In this document: positions 12,765-26,825 of the stretch, one piece after another
Position numbering within the stretch: position 1 is the stretch's first letter
Layout of the letters: the number at the start of each line of letters is the position of its first letter
Assembly (NCBI GenBank): GCA_951406725.2
Contig: OX597833.1
Coordinates: 62,930,001-62,994,000 of the forward strand
DNA length: 64,000 nucleotides
Reading direction: 5' to 3'
Origin: Octopus vulgaris
Taxonomy: Eukaryota
Notes under the pieces: model-generated
Told to the model about the DNA's origin: nothing
What the model saw: the letters and a program-made list of their open reading frames with translations, nothing else
Databases searched by the model: none
Position numbers and translations under genes: made by a program

Positions 12765-13672
12765 CATATATATATATGTATATATATATATAATATATAT
12801 ATATGCATGTATATTTCATTAAAGTCAACCCCACCTTACTTTTCCCCATCATACCACTGCCACCATCACCGCCGCCACCACCACCACCTCCATAATTACA
12901 GTAAAGGCCGCTTGGCACAACAAAAGAGGAATTCGTCAGACTCTAATGCACCGGCACCAAAGGATAAAGGAAAAAGGAAAAAGGGGTCAGCTTTAAAAAT
13001 GTCCTCAGTTCTTAGAATTTACCAATTCCTTCTGAAAAAAGAAAATGATTTTGTTTTACTGTTTTCTTTGAATTTCTTTTGGACTTCTGGTGTTGTTCTC
13101 GTTGTTTTGATGTTTACGTCTTTGTTTTTCACGTATGTGTGTGTGTTTGGGTGTGTATGTATGTGTGTCTGTGTGTCTTTGTATATGTCTGTGTATGTAT
13201 GTATGTATGTTTGTATGTATGTATTTGTGCATGTGTCTGTGTGTTGTTGTATATGCGTATGTGTATGTGTGTGCATGTCTGTGAGAGAGAGAGAAAGAGA
13301 GAGGGAGAGAGAAAGATAGAGGGAGAGAGAAAGAGAGAAAGTGAGTGAGAGAGAGAGAGAAAGAGAGAAGGAGAGAGAAAGATAGAGGGAGAAAGAAAGA
13401 GAGAGGGAGAGAGAAAAATAGAGGGAGAGAGAAAGAGAGAGGGAGAGAGAAAGAGAGAGAGCGAGAGCAGGCATTTGTATGTCCATGTGCATGTGTGTGC
13501 GTGTGTATATGAAACAGTGTACGTGTGTGCATCTATGAATATATGTCTGTACGTTTGTGTGTGTGTGTGTGTGTGTAAGAGAAAAGGGCTGTATGCACGT
13601 TTATCTATGTTTGTGTTTATATATATATGCATATGTGTGTATATATGAGAGTATGTGCGCTTATATATATAC

Positions 13673-13716
<44 letters not shown>

Positions 13717-13733
13717 ATATATATATATGTATG

Positions 13734-13826
<93 letters not shown>

Positions 13827-14148
13827 GCTTGAGAGATTGTACGTAAGTGTATTTATATCTATATATGCATGTGTAAGAGAGTGTATATATATATATGTGT
13901 GTCTCTACGAATAAGTATACACCTTCATATGTGTGTGTATGTGTGTGTAACTATTCTTCTTTTATTCTCTGATGTATCATTGTTGCTGTTGTGGTTGTTG
14001 CTGTTCATGTATTTCTACTTATATAACCGCCTTTTTATTTATGTTTTATTACATTTTTTATATCTCGTTTTTTACTTTCACTTTCGTTTTTATTCCCGCC
14101 CCCCACCACGCACCTCTCCACAAATCCGCTGTCTCTGTTACAGCTGAC

Positions 14149-14187
<39 letters not shown>

Positions 14188-14969
14188 CATTTGGAAGACC
14201 TTTTTAAAGAGAAGGTCATATTTGGCGCGAGAGAATTCAGCTGATTCTATCATGTGAGAAGAGGGTCAAAATAGAAGACGGGAGAGTTGGAGTAGGAGAA
14301 AGCGAAGGACAAGAAGGAGAAGGGGAGAAGGAGGAGAACTGGGGAAGAGGAAGGAGAAGGAAGAGGAGAAGACGGAGTAGGAGAGGAAGAAGAATAAGAT
14401 GTAGAAAGAGAAGAGGTCGTAGAAGGGGAATGAGATGGAAGAGGAAGAGAAGGGGTTGGGAAGGGGAAGTAGGAGTAGGAGGATGGAAAGAGGAGGTGGA
14501 GAAGAGGAAGAAGACAGCGGAGGAGAAGGGTATGGTCAACCAAGAAGAAGAAATAGAAAAGGAAGGAAAGAAAAGGAAAAGACGAACAGTAAGAAAGATA
14601 ATGAGATGAAAAAGATGAAGAAGTGATAGTAAGAAACATAAAAGGAAAAAAGATGCAGGAAGACAAGAAGAAGAAGAAGAAGAAGAAGAAGAAGAAGAAG
14701 AAGAAGAAGAAGAAGAAGAAGAAGAAAAGAAGAAGAAGAAGAAGAAGAAGAAGAAGAAGAAGAAGAAAAACGAAGAAGAAGAAAAAGTAGTGGAAGATGA
14801 AGGAGAAAAAAGAAGAAAGGAAAGAATGAGTGCGAAAGAAAAGCATTAATTTCCTTTCTAGTAAATTACGTTTCATTTCTTTCGACTTTAAATCTCCTGC
14901 AGTCGTCTTGTATCCTTGGCTTTGGAAGCGCTGAGCATGAGATATGCATACATACATACATACACACAC

Positions 14970-15002
<33 letters not shown>

Positions 15003-15159
15003 CATATATACATACATACATACATACATACATACACACACATACATACATACATACATACATACATACATACATACATACATACATACACACACATATA
15101 TGTATGTATATGTGGGTATATATACTTATATATATATATACATACATATAAATATACAC

Positions 15160-15218
<59 letters not shown>

Positions 15219-15291
15219 TATATATGCACTTATGTACATACATATATGTAGATATATACAGTATATGCACACACACACACTCATATTGACA

Positions 15292-15329
<38 letters not shown>

Positions 15330-15353
15330 TATATTATATTAAGTTAGAGATAA

Positions 15354-15389
<36 letters not shown>

Positions 15390-15638
15390 GTACACATAGA
15401 TATGTATATAAAGATGTATACATACTTATATTCATATGCATATGTGTGTAATCTATATATTAATATATGCATGTAAATGTATATATATATATATGTGTGT
15501 GTGTATGTGCGTATGTATACGTACATGTAGGCATACATATATAGTTGTGTACGTCTATAGCACACACAAACATACACACGCAACTCATAAGTATACATGT
15601 CTAGATATACATAGACACACAGACGTTTCTATGTATGT

Positions 15639-15669
<31 letters not shown>

Positions 15670-16059
15670 TTGTATGTACGTCACGCACACATACACACAC
15701 ACGCATGCATAAACACACACACAGAAACACACTGTTTTATATATTTTCCCATCGCAGTCCACTTATAATGAATTATTAAAGAATTACAACCACCCCGTTC
15801 CCCTCACCCCACTCCACAACTTCCACTTCAACTCCCCACCCAACCCCCACTCCCACTCCCACCCAAAGCTCTTTTATTCACCAAACACAGATTTTCTGAA
15901 AAGAATTCCAACAGGTAAAATATTACGTTTATGAAGGTAATATTTTCTCGTCGTCACGCCACCACCTAATCGGATTTTCTTTGGAACTTTAGAGATATCA
16001 TGGAACGTATATTACGAGCAAGATTTTTGGTTTATTGCATGGAATATTTCGCGTTTCCT

Positions 16060-16112
16060 TTAATTCTTTCTTCCTTTCTTTCCTTCTTTCTTTCTTTCTT
16101 TCTTTCTTTCCT

Positions 16113-16156
<44 letters not shown>

Positions 16157-16266
16157 TCCTTGTTTCTTTCTTTCTTTCTTTCTTTCTTTCTATCTTTCTT
16201 TCTTTCTTTCTTTCTTCCTTCCTTCCTTCCTTTCTTTTTTCCTTCCTTCTCTCTTTCTTTCTTTCC

Positions 16267-16299
<33 letters not shown>

Positions 16300-16428
16300 T
16301 GTATCTTTCTTTGTATCTTTCTTTGTATCTTTCTTTCTTTTTTTCTGTCTTTCTTCCTTTCTTTCTTTCCTTCTTTCTTTCTCTATCTTTCTTTCTTTTT
16401 TCTGTCTTTCTTCCTTTCTTTCTTTCCT

Positions 16429-16463
<35 letters not shown>

Positions 16464-16488
16464 GTCTTTCTTTCTTCCTTCCTTTCAT

Positions 16489-16536
<48 letters not shown>

Positions 16537-16540
16537 TTGT
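16060..16540. repeat. (CTTT)n polypyrimidine tract
   Basis: Direct reading. Confidence 0.95.
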
Positions 16541-16700
16541 TCTTCGATTCATCCCAGAAATTTGAAAGGAAATCTTTCCTTCAAACCATTCGTCCATTTT
16601 GAGAAACCAAAAATAATTCCTACGCCAAGCCAAAAGAACCTCACAATGCCAAGATTTGGCAGAATTCGAAATTGGGGTGAGGGTGGGTGGGGGAATAGAA

Positions 16701-16853
16701 GTGGTAAGAAGCATTGCTTCCCAACGACGTGGTTCCGGGTTCAGTCCCACTGCATGGCTCCTTGGGTAAGTGTCTTCTACTATAGCTTCGAGCCGACCAA
16801 AGCCTTGTCTTGTGAGTGGATTTTGCTGATGGAAACTGAAAGAAACCTGTCGT
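16701..16853 (+). mobile_element. SINE family A 5' half, diverged
   Basis: GGTTCCGGGTTCAGTCCCACTGC...GTGAGTGGATTT...GGAAACTGAAAGAA. Confidence 0.8.
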
Positions 16854-16895
16854 ACATACGTACATACGTATATACACACACACATACATACACAT

Positions 16896-16963
<68 letters not shown>

Positions 16964-17050
16964 CATTGATAAAAATGGTAAGACAACAAAAGAAAGAAAG
17001 AGACCTCGATATTATGTAAATAGAGGAATTTATCTGTCAATGTAATATGT

Positions 17051-17111
17051 GATAAAACTCCGAGTTTCGGATGCCGAGGTGGCAATCTACGCCGGCATCT
17101 CTTCAGTTATC
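17051..17111 (-). ncRNA. Type I hammerhead ribozyme motif in a Penelope-like pLTR (16965-17120)
   Basis: Minus: GATAA-CTGAAGA-GATGCCG...CGGCATC-C-GAAACTCGGAGT-T-TTATC. Stem I GATAA/TTATC, 7-bp stem II, short stem III, GUU cleavage triplet. Confidence 0.75.
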
Positions 17112-17437
17112 CGGCCATCGGAAAAAATGCTATGAAAAATGACCGTTATACAAAGGGAAATTACTGTGTGATTGAGCGTTATTAAGACAAAAGAGTTATT
17201 TGAATGACCGCTAAGTGAAGGGAGGGAGTAAAAGTAAAGGGGGTAGAAAAGATCATGGTATTCGCGTGAGCGCGCATGTTCATGAACCTTTTTACCCCCT
17301 TATTTTTACTCCCTCCCCTCACTTAGCAGTCATTCAAATAACTCTTATGTATGCATATGTATATAAATATACACTCGCACTCACATACACAGATATATGC
17401 ACACATACAAACACACGTATGTAGACACGTATGTATC

Positions 17438-17518
<81 letters not shown>

Positions 17519-17520
17519 AT

Positions 17521-17633
17521 ATTGGCCTGCTCGCTTAGCCAGGGGGTGGAGTCATTTGAAGGCTAAAACAATGCAAAGCGCATTGTGACCAGTGATGTGT
17601 ATCAACATCTGATAGTCTGGGCGGTCACGTGAT

Positions 17634-17640
<7 letters not shown>
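17521..17640 (+). mobile_element. Headless SINE/LINE tail T2
   Basis: TTGGCCTGCTCGCTTAGCCAG...CAACATCTGATAG matches the 3' part of 46486-46779. Confidence 0.75.
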
Positions 17641-17710
<70 letters not shown>

Positions 17711-17817
17711 TATATAATTTCAGTAAAACAATTAAGATTCAAGTGAATTTCAATGAGTTCACATCAATGTGGTACTTAACTTAGATGCACCAGAAATCCT
17801 TATGGTATTAACCATTA

Positions 17818-17935
<118 letters not shown>

Positions 17936-17965
17936 TCGGTTTTTCTATACAATTTTGTTGTATAC

Positions 17966-18020
17966 ATTGGCTGAAGATGGTAATCCACCTTTGTGGGTCA
18001 TCTGAAACTCGGAGTACTAT
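17966..18020 (+). ncRNA. Weak hammerhead motif
   Basis: CTGAAGA...CCAC-CTTT-GTGG...GAAACTCGGAGTA; same stem III as the 17051 motif, poor stem I. Confidence 0.45.
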
Positions 18021-18080
18021 TTTATGACAGCAATTTACTGTATATCCTGATATTGTAATAACAAATCTAAACAAACAAAT

Positions 18081-18482
18081 AGGCGCAGGAGTGGCTGTGT
18101 GGTAAGTAGCTTGCTTACCAACCACCTGGTTCCGGGTTCAGTCCCACTGCGTGGTACATTGGGCAAGTGTCTTCTGCTATAGCCTTGTGAGTGGATTTGG
18201 TAGACGGAAACTGAATGAAGCCCGTCACGTGTGTGTGTGTGTGTGTGTGTGTGTTTGTGTGCGTGTGTCTGTGTGTCTGTGTTTGTCTCTCTAGCATTGC
18301 TTGACAACCGATGCTGGTGTGTTTACGTCCCCGTCACTTAGCGGTTCAGCAAAAGAGACCGATAGAATAAGTACTGGGTTTACAAAGAATAAGTCCCGGG
18401 GTCGATTTGCTCGACTAAAAGGCGGTGCTCCAGCATGGCCGCAGTCAAATGACTGAAACAAGTAAAAGAGTAAAAGAGTAAA
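18081..18482 (+). mobile_element. SINE family A, full length
   Basis: Near-identical to 2596-3028 apart from a short deletion. Confidence 0.9.
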
Positions 18483-18493
18483 GCGTAAACCTC

Positions 18494-18532
<39 letters not shown>

Positions 18533-18860
18533 GGGAAGGAGAGGGATATATATATATAATTAAAGTCAAAATGAGGGTGAAAAAATTGGATATTAATTTA
18601 ACATCAATTTAAACACCAGTGGCCTAGCATATAAAAGACTGAGATTCAGTAGATATTACTAATACACAAATATGAGGGAGAATCCACCATGTGGACGCTC
18701 TTACGCTAGATATAGATCCGCAAAGGGACTCAACCACTAAGAATTGTTCTCAAGAAATAATTTAGCACACGAAGAACGTAAGCGAGCAGGACAAATGAAA
18801 AATAACGAATTTCGTTATTTTTCATTTTTTCACCCTCATTTTGACTTTAATATATATATA

Positions 18861-19342
18861 CTAGCAGTATCGCCCGGCGTTGCTCGGGTTTGTAAGGGAA
18901 ATAACTATATAAGCATTTTTAGAGAGTTATAGCCAAAAAATAGCAAAAAAATGGGAAAAAATGATGGTAAATTTTTTTAAAAATCGTTGACTCATCGTAG
19001 ACATTTTTAGAGAGTTACTTCCCTTATATAATAGCAAAAAAATGCATTAAAATGGAAAAAAATTATGGTAATTTTTTTTTTAAATCGTTCACTCATCGTA
19101 GACATTTTTAGAGAGTTACTCCCCTTATATAATAGCAAAAAAATGCATTAAAATGGAAAAAAATGATGGTAAATTTTTTTTAAAATCGTAGATTCATCGT
19201 AGACGCGCGCTAATACCCACAAGGGCTCGATATAAATCACGACTATAAGATACCCGGTTTTGGTTAAACTGCACCGCAAAATGTGGGAGTAGTTAGGAAT
19301 CTAAATCGTAGGAGACAGACACAACTTGACTTTTATATATAA

Positions 19343-19345
<3 letters not shown>
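18861..19345 (-). mobile_element. Non-autonomous Helitron with internal ~97 bp tandem repeats
   Basis: Minus strand: 5'-TC at 19345, 3'-CTAG at 18861, GC-rich hairpin CCCGAGCAACGCCGGG about 8 nt before CTAG, inserted between A and T with no TSD. Confidence 0.8.
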
Positions 19346-19395
<50 letters not shown>

Positions 19396-19922
19396 TACTC
19401 AGACACTTCGTATCACTCACATATATTCGCACATATTTGACCTACTATAAATCTACTTTAAAACTAAAACTTCAGCTCATTTCACGCTCCTCACCTGCTT
19501 GTCACTGCTTGTATCGCCTCTTTAATAAAACTCTCTGCGTGTCTCTTCTATTCTTAAAGTAAAATGTAACGCTCTAGTTATTCACCTGGCTTCTTTGACT
19601 CACCTTACATAGCTATCTCACCTGTGCTTCTTATTTTACAGACAAATCTATATTTCCCCTACTTTTCTTTTTAAACCCAAGATCCACCTTACCTGTACGG
19701 TCTATATTATCTGATAGATCTCTTCTTGTGTTTCGATCAAGCTTATCTTAATTATCGATCGATCTCGTCTTACCTGATGTATATCTGTCGCATGTTCAGC
19801 CAAACCTTTAAGACTGCGTAGTGCTTCGATCTGCTAGAAATAATAACCCAGACGGAGAGTTCACATTATGCCATATTGTACTGTCGTACGTTATTTACAT
19901 TATTTACATTTGACGGATATTT

Positions 19923-20087
19923 GTCATGCTCTGTTTATATTGATATGCGATCACCATGTCGCGCACATATGGTTGTGATGCGTGTGCCTGGTGTACCCTT
20001 ATCAGATGGTTAATCGTGATGGGTATACTGGGCTTCATATAATTGTACCCCAGTGTCACTTTGATGGCATGCACTGCTCTCTCACTC
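19923..20087 (+). mobile_element. Truncated copy of the (AAT)n-associated element
   Basis: Matches 21960-22125 and ends CTCTCTCACTC(AAT)n. Confidence 0.85.
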
Positions 20088-20193
20088 AATAATAATAATG
20101 ATTATTATGATCATTGCTCCGTCACCGAAACAAAATTATCAACCCTATCAACAGTAACCATCATCATCATCATCATCCCCTCCACCCTCATTG

Positions 20194-20224
<31 letters not shown>

Positions 20225-20549
20225 TATTATCATCAACAACAACAACAACAGTAGTTGTATGCACCAACAAGAGTTACAACAATAAAACTTCCAACAAAGG
20301 TTATTAAGTCTTAAAACTGCACTTAGCCTCTCTCTCTCTCTCTCTCTCTCTTCCTCTCTCTCTCTCTCACTCTATCTATCTCATTCTCTCTCTCACCCCC
20401 CTCTCTCTCTCTCTCTTTCTACCCCCTCTCTCTCTCTCGCTTTCTCTCGCTGGTAATTCTTCTGTAAAGCTAATCCCTTTCTCAATCACAAAGATCTGCA
20501 GGAACGAACACAGCTTATCTTCATCATACTCTGAACCCTTTATCCGGAT

Positions 20550-20690
20550 TAGCAGCGAATTGGCAGAGTCGTTAGAACGTCGGTCAAAGTACCTTACAGT
20601 ACTTATTCCAGTTCGCTGCATTCTGCGTTCGCGTCCCACCCGGGTGAACTTTACCTTTAATTCTTTTGGGTGTCGATGAATTATATCAGG
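20550..20690 (+). mobile_element. Old SINE family B copy
   Basis: GCGAATTGGCAGAGTCGTTAG...ACTTTACCTTTAATTCTTTTGGGTGTCGAT. Confidence 0.6.
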
Positions 20691-21158
20691 CAAGGGGAAG
20701 GGAGTGACGAAATCCGATAAAACAAGAAATGTCTAGTACACATGTGTTTCTGTTCGTTACGTCCTGAGTTCAAATCCGGTTGTGGCCAACCTACCCGGAT
20801 TAACCTCCACCATCTGTCACTTCGAGTACCTTTCAACAGACCCATTCTATCGCAAGATTTCGAGGTCAGATGAGGTCGTGGGCTTCAGTATAATTTCCTT
20901 CTTCAATTCTACCCACACCAGATCAGAAGATTCTCCTAGCTAATCAATATAAAAAAAAAATTAATGAAATCTTTGCCTTGATTAACATTTGTCTGGAGCA
21001 GGGTTTCCCAACCATTTAAAAAAAAAATCTATAGTCCCCTTTGATTACCATTCGATTCGCCATTCGATGTTTAAAACCTAGTTTTATAGAGATTTCTTAT
21101 AAAATTCCTATTTTGTTTCTCACACATTAACTTGTGTAAGGAACTATGCGAAATGTCC

Positions 21159-21391
21159 ATGCTACTCCTCCACTACTTCTGCTCGTGATCAGAGATGCAC
21201 ATATCGTCAGCCAATATGGGACATGCTCAACTGGTTAAGGTCAAACAACTGACAAGCAAATCTGTGGTATTGAGCAGAATATTTGCTGTAGGCCATCTTT
21301 TATACCAAGACAAAACAATGTACAAGATAACACTTCCAATCAGTTGAGATCAGAAGCCATAAGAGCCACTGCCTGGTACTGCACCAGGGCA
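21159..21391 (-). mobile_element. Inverted partial copy of the (AAT)n-associated element
   Basis: Reverse complement of 21571-21800 with few substitutions. Confidence 0.9.
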
Positions 21392-21433
21392 TTTACTACT
21401 ACTACTACTACTACTACTATGATTATAATTATA

Positions 21434-21489
<56 letters not shown>

Positions 21490-21532
21490 TACTACTACTA
21501 CTATTATTATTATTATTATTATTAATATTATT

Positions 21533-21570
<38 letters not shown>

Positions 21571-21571
<1 letters not shown>

Positions 21572-22125
21572 GCCCTGATGCAGTACTAGGCAGTGGCTCT
21601 TATGGCTTCTGATCTCAATTGATTGGAAGTGTTATCATGTACATTGTTTTGTCTTGGTATAAAAGATGGGCTACAGCAAATATTCTGCTCAATACCACAG
21701 ATTTGCTTGTCAGTTGTTTGACCTTAACCAGTTGAGCATGTCCTTTAGTGGCTGACGATATGTGCATCTCTGATCACGAGCAGAAGTAGTGGGGGAGCAT
21801 CATAGCCATGTGTTGAGAGGGATTCTTTGGGGTTTGAATAGTTCACCTCTGGAAACATGGGTGGTTCTTTCAACATCCTTAAACAACCCTTATTCAGGGA
21901 CCGTTTGAGCGGGATGGGCTACTCAACCTGAAGAAAATTCTAACTGGGCCCCACCTGCAAGGTCATGTGCTGTTTATCTTGATATGAGATCACCATGTCG
22001 CGCACATATGGTTGTGATGCATGTGCCTGGTGTACCTTTATCAGATGGGTAGTCATGATGGGTATATTGGGCTTCGTATATTTTACCCCAGTGTCACTTT
22101 GATGGCATGAACTGCTCTCTCACTC
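21571..22125 (+). mobile_element. ~555 bp unclassified interspersed element bounded by (AAT)n
   Basis: Starts TGCCCTGATGCAGTAC, ends CTCTCTCACTC; highly similar copy at 51009-51484; no clear ORF, TIR or pol III boxes. Confidence 0.85.
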
Positions 22126-22138
22126 AATAATAATAATA

Positions 22139-22203
<65 letters not shown>

Positions 22204-22217
22204 GATCATTATCATCA

Positions 22218-22248
<31 letters not shown>

Positions 22249-22271
22249 CATTATTATTATTATTACTATTA

Positions 22272-22332
<61 letters not shown>

Positions 22333-22342
22333 CATTATTACA

Positions 22343-22389
<47 letters not shown>

Positions 22390-22399
22390 CATTATTACA

Positions 22400-22431
<32 letters not shown>

Positions 22432-22441
22432 CGTTATTACA

Positions 22442-22473
<32 letters not shown>

Positions 22474-22504
22474 CATCATTATTATTATTATTATCATTAT
22501 TACA

Positions 22505-22584
<80 letters not shown>

Positions 22585-22630
22585 CATTATTATTATTATT
22601 TATCATTATTATTATTATTATCATTATTAT
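22126..22630. repeat. (ATT)n microsatellite
   Basis: Direct reading. Confidence 0.95.
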
Positions 22631-23445
22631 TTGCCATGCTTCTTTCCCATTGTTCGTGTTGTTGCTGTTATGCTCATTATATTGTCTCTTGCTTGCATTG
22701 TCATTATCCGCCATTGTTGTTTGGCTGCATGCGGCTTTTCTTTTTTTCTGGTTTGCGGCCAGCGGCGTTACAATGAGCAGCTGTTGCAGCTTTTCTCTCC
22801 TTGCTATTAGTGCAACTGCTGACGCTTGCTGCACTCGCTTTTGCAATTGCCCTTGCTGCTGCTGCTGCTACTGCTGCTGCTGCTGCTGATGATGATGATA
22901 ATGGTGATGATGATGATGGCGGACATGATGTTCTTGTAATGCAATTATTGGCTTTTGTTACTGTGTAGCGTATTCGTTGCTGATTGCAGCTTATATTGAG
23001 CAACTGGTGTTGTTGTTGTTGCTGAAGTTGTTGTCGTTGTTGTTGGTGTTGTGGTGGTGGTTTTTATCCCTGTGGCCGCTACTTTACATACTTGTTAATT
23101 TTGTTGTTGTTGTTGTTTTTACTAGATTTGCTGTTATAGATGTTGTTGCTGTTGTTGTTATAGTCGTTGTTAATTGTTTGTTTTTTTGTTGTTGTTATCT
23201 TGCTGATGATGGCGTTGTTGTTATTGTTGCTATCTTGGTTATTGTTGTTTTTTCTGTTGTTGTAACGGTAGTTGTTGCTTTTGTTGTTGTTGCTGGCGGC
23301 GGCGGTTTTGACGAGAGGTCGTCGATACCATTTACTATTATTATTATTATTATCATCATCATCATCATCATCATCATTATTATTATTGTTATTATTATTA
23401 TTATTATTGTTATTATTATTGTTGTTGTTGTTTTTGTTGTTGTTG

Positions 23446-23510
<65 letters not shown>

Positions 23511-23557
23511 TTTATCATTATTATTACTACTACTACAACTACTACTACTACTATTAT

Positions 23558-23720
23558 ATTTCGCCTGTCTTCACGTTCTGAGTTCAAATTCTGCTGAGGC
23601 CAACTTTGCCTTTCATACTTCCGGGCTCGATAAATTAAGTACCAGTGAAACACTGGGACGATGTAATAGACTTATCACCTACCCCAAAATTTCAGACCGT
23701 GTGCCTTTAGTAGAAAGGAT
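23558..23720 (+). mobile_element. SINE family B, 5'-truncated
   Basis: ACGTTCTGAGTTCAAATTCTGCTGAGG...GATAAATTAAGTACCAG...AGTAGAAAGGAT. Confidence 0.8.
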
Positions 23721-23736
23721 TCTTCTTCTTCTTCTT

Positions 23737-23879
<143 letters not shown>

Positions 23880-23882
23880 CAT

Positions 23883-24187
23883 TCAGTAGTTTTATTTTTA
23901 TAGCGTGCTTTCACTTCACTACCGAACACAGTTCTGTGTGCCTTGGGTATGTGCTGTGGTTTGCTGTGATGCTCTAATTTTTACTGTATGGAAAGTGTTC
24001 TGCGTAGGATGTGTGCAATGCCCAGTAGTGCAATTTTCTGTATGTTATATGTGTTTGTAAGTCCTGGTGTTTTTGTTATGTATTTATCTGAATATTTTTT
24101 TCTCGTGCATCATACACCCACTATGATAGGAATTGTTTCTGTTTTTAGATTCCATATTCGAGTTATCTCTATTTTCAGGTGTTTGTA
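23883..24187 (-). mobile_element. RLE-type (R4/Dong-like) non-LTR retrotransposon 3' end inserted in (TAA)n
   Basis: Minus 24187-23981 reads YKHLKIEITRIWNLKTETIPIIVGV*CTRKKYSDKYITKTPGLTNTYNIQKIALLGIAHILRRTLSIQ*, fitting the KYxxL-E-W-PIIVG-QKxALLG-IL pattern; ~100 bp 3' UTR, then (TAA)n. Confidence 0.8.
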
Positions 24188-24194
24188 TTATATT

Positions 24195-25483
<1,289 letters not shown>

Positions 25484-25774
25484 GCTGTTGCTGTTGTTGT
25501 TGTTAGTGCTGCTGTTGCTACTGCTGTGGCCGTTGTTATTGATTTCAGTCGGTCGGGGTTGGTGTTGGTAGGATTCCTGCTGCATTGTTATCAGCGCATT
25601 TCATCTTCACCGAAGCTGTGCTGCATCTGTCCTGGTGCACTTGTTGTTGTTTTTGTGTCATTGGTGACTAAGCAAAGTCATGAGATAGAACCCTTCACGG
25701 TGTTCGTTCCGAAGCTGAAAGTTTTAAGTTCAAATCACGTGCAGATCGACTTTGTCTGTTATATATACATACAT

Positions 25775-25857
<83 letters not shown>

Positions 25858-25920
25858 CATATGTATGTATATATATGTATATACATATGTATATATATAT
25901 ATATGTGTGTATATATATAG

Positions 25921-26042
25921 ATTAATCAGCCGAAATTGCGAGGATGATCCGGTTCTTGACTGAAGATTGAAGTCTTCGAATGTCCCGCCCGTGTTTTTTG
26001 TATCGTCTTCTAAATGTTTTGCGTTCTTGTCCCAGTTTGTAT

Positions 26043-26045
<3 letters not shown>
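25921..26045 (+). mobile_element. Penelope-like pLTR fragment, inverted partner of 26331-26492
   Basis: AATCAGCCGAAATTGCGAGGAT...TTGACTGAAGA...CTTCGAATG...GCGTTCTTGTCCCA present in both orientations. Confidence 0.6.
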
Positions 26046-26100
<55 letters not shown>

Positions 26101-26105
<5 letters not shown>

Positions 26106-26322
26106 TTAAAATGGTAAGATAACAAAATAAAGAAAGAGACTTCAATATTATGTAAATAGAGGAAATTTATCTATAAAATAATATGTTACAATTATTCAAT
26201 AGTCAAGATAAAACTCTGAGTTTCAGATGCCGAAGTGGAAAACCACAACACCATCTCTTCGGTTATCTGGCCATTCAGAGTTTTATCTTGACTATTGAAT
26301 AATTGTAACATATTATTTTATA
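26101..26322 (-). mobile_element. Penelope-like pLTR (same family as 16965-17120) with a mutated hammerhead and a perfect 48-bp inverted repeat
   Basis: 26172-26219 is the exact reverse complement of 26275-26322; hammerhead 26207-26267 has CCGAAGA in place of CTGAAGA. Confidence 0.75.
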
Positions 26323-26701
26323 TATATATATACAAAATGGGACAAGAACGCAAAGCATCCGGACAACTAGGTGATACAAAAAGGGAAAACAAAACATCCA
26401 GATAGACAATACAAAGACAGGGGGACGGATCATTCGAAGTTTTCTTTCCTCAGTCAAGCACCAGATTATCCTCGCAATTTCGGCTGATTATTCTCGAGAT
26501 TGCTCCAATCTGGCAACCTCCAAGAAAAAACTCTGCTAAGAGCATTAGATTCCTTAGATGAAAGCGGAGAATGTATAAAAATGAAGGACGGAAAAAACGG
26601 ACAATATTACACAAATATAAATACAATAAAATAATAACAGGACATACATTATTTATATTATTTATATTTGATGGATATTTGTTCTCATCTTGTTTGTTAT
26701 T

Positions 26702-26747
26702 AACACAACGTTTCGGCTGATATACCCTCCAGCCTTCATCAGGTGTC
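26702..26747 (-). ncRNA. Minimal type I hammerhead ribozyme motif (Penelope-like)
   Basis: Minus: GACAC-CTGATGA-A-GGCTG-GAGGGTATAT-CAGCC-GAAAC-GTT-GTGTT; palindromic AACGTT stem III. Confidence 0.8.
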
Positions 26748-26825
26748 TTGAGGAAATTTCGAAGCAGGGTTCTCATTCCTTAGGACAAATATCCATCAAA
26801 TGTAAATAATGTACATTCATATTTG

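Noticed and set aside
22634-22860. Minus-strand ORF MQKRVQQASAV... with poly-N
   Set aside because: Runs into (AAT)n; no motif or splice support.
25955-25990. Hammerhead call for CTGAAGA...CTTCGAATG (also 26428-26458 minus)
   Set aside because: Both copies have GAAT instead of GAAA and lack clear stems I and III.
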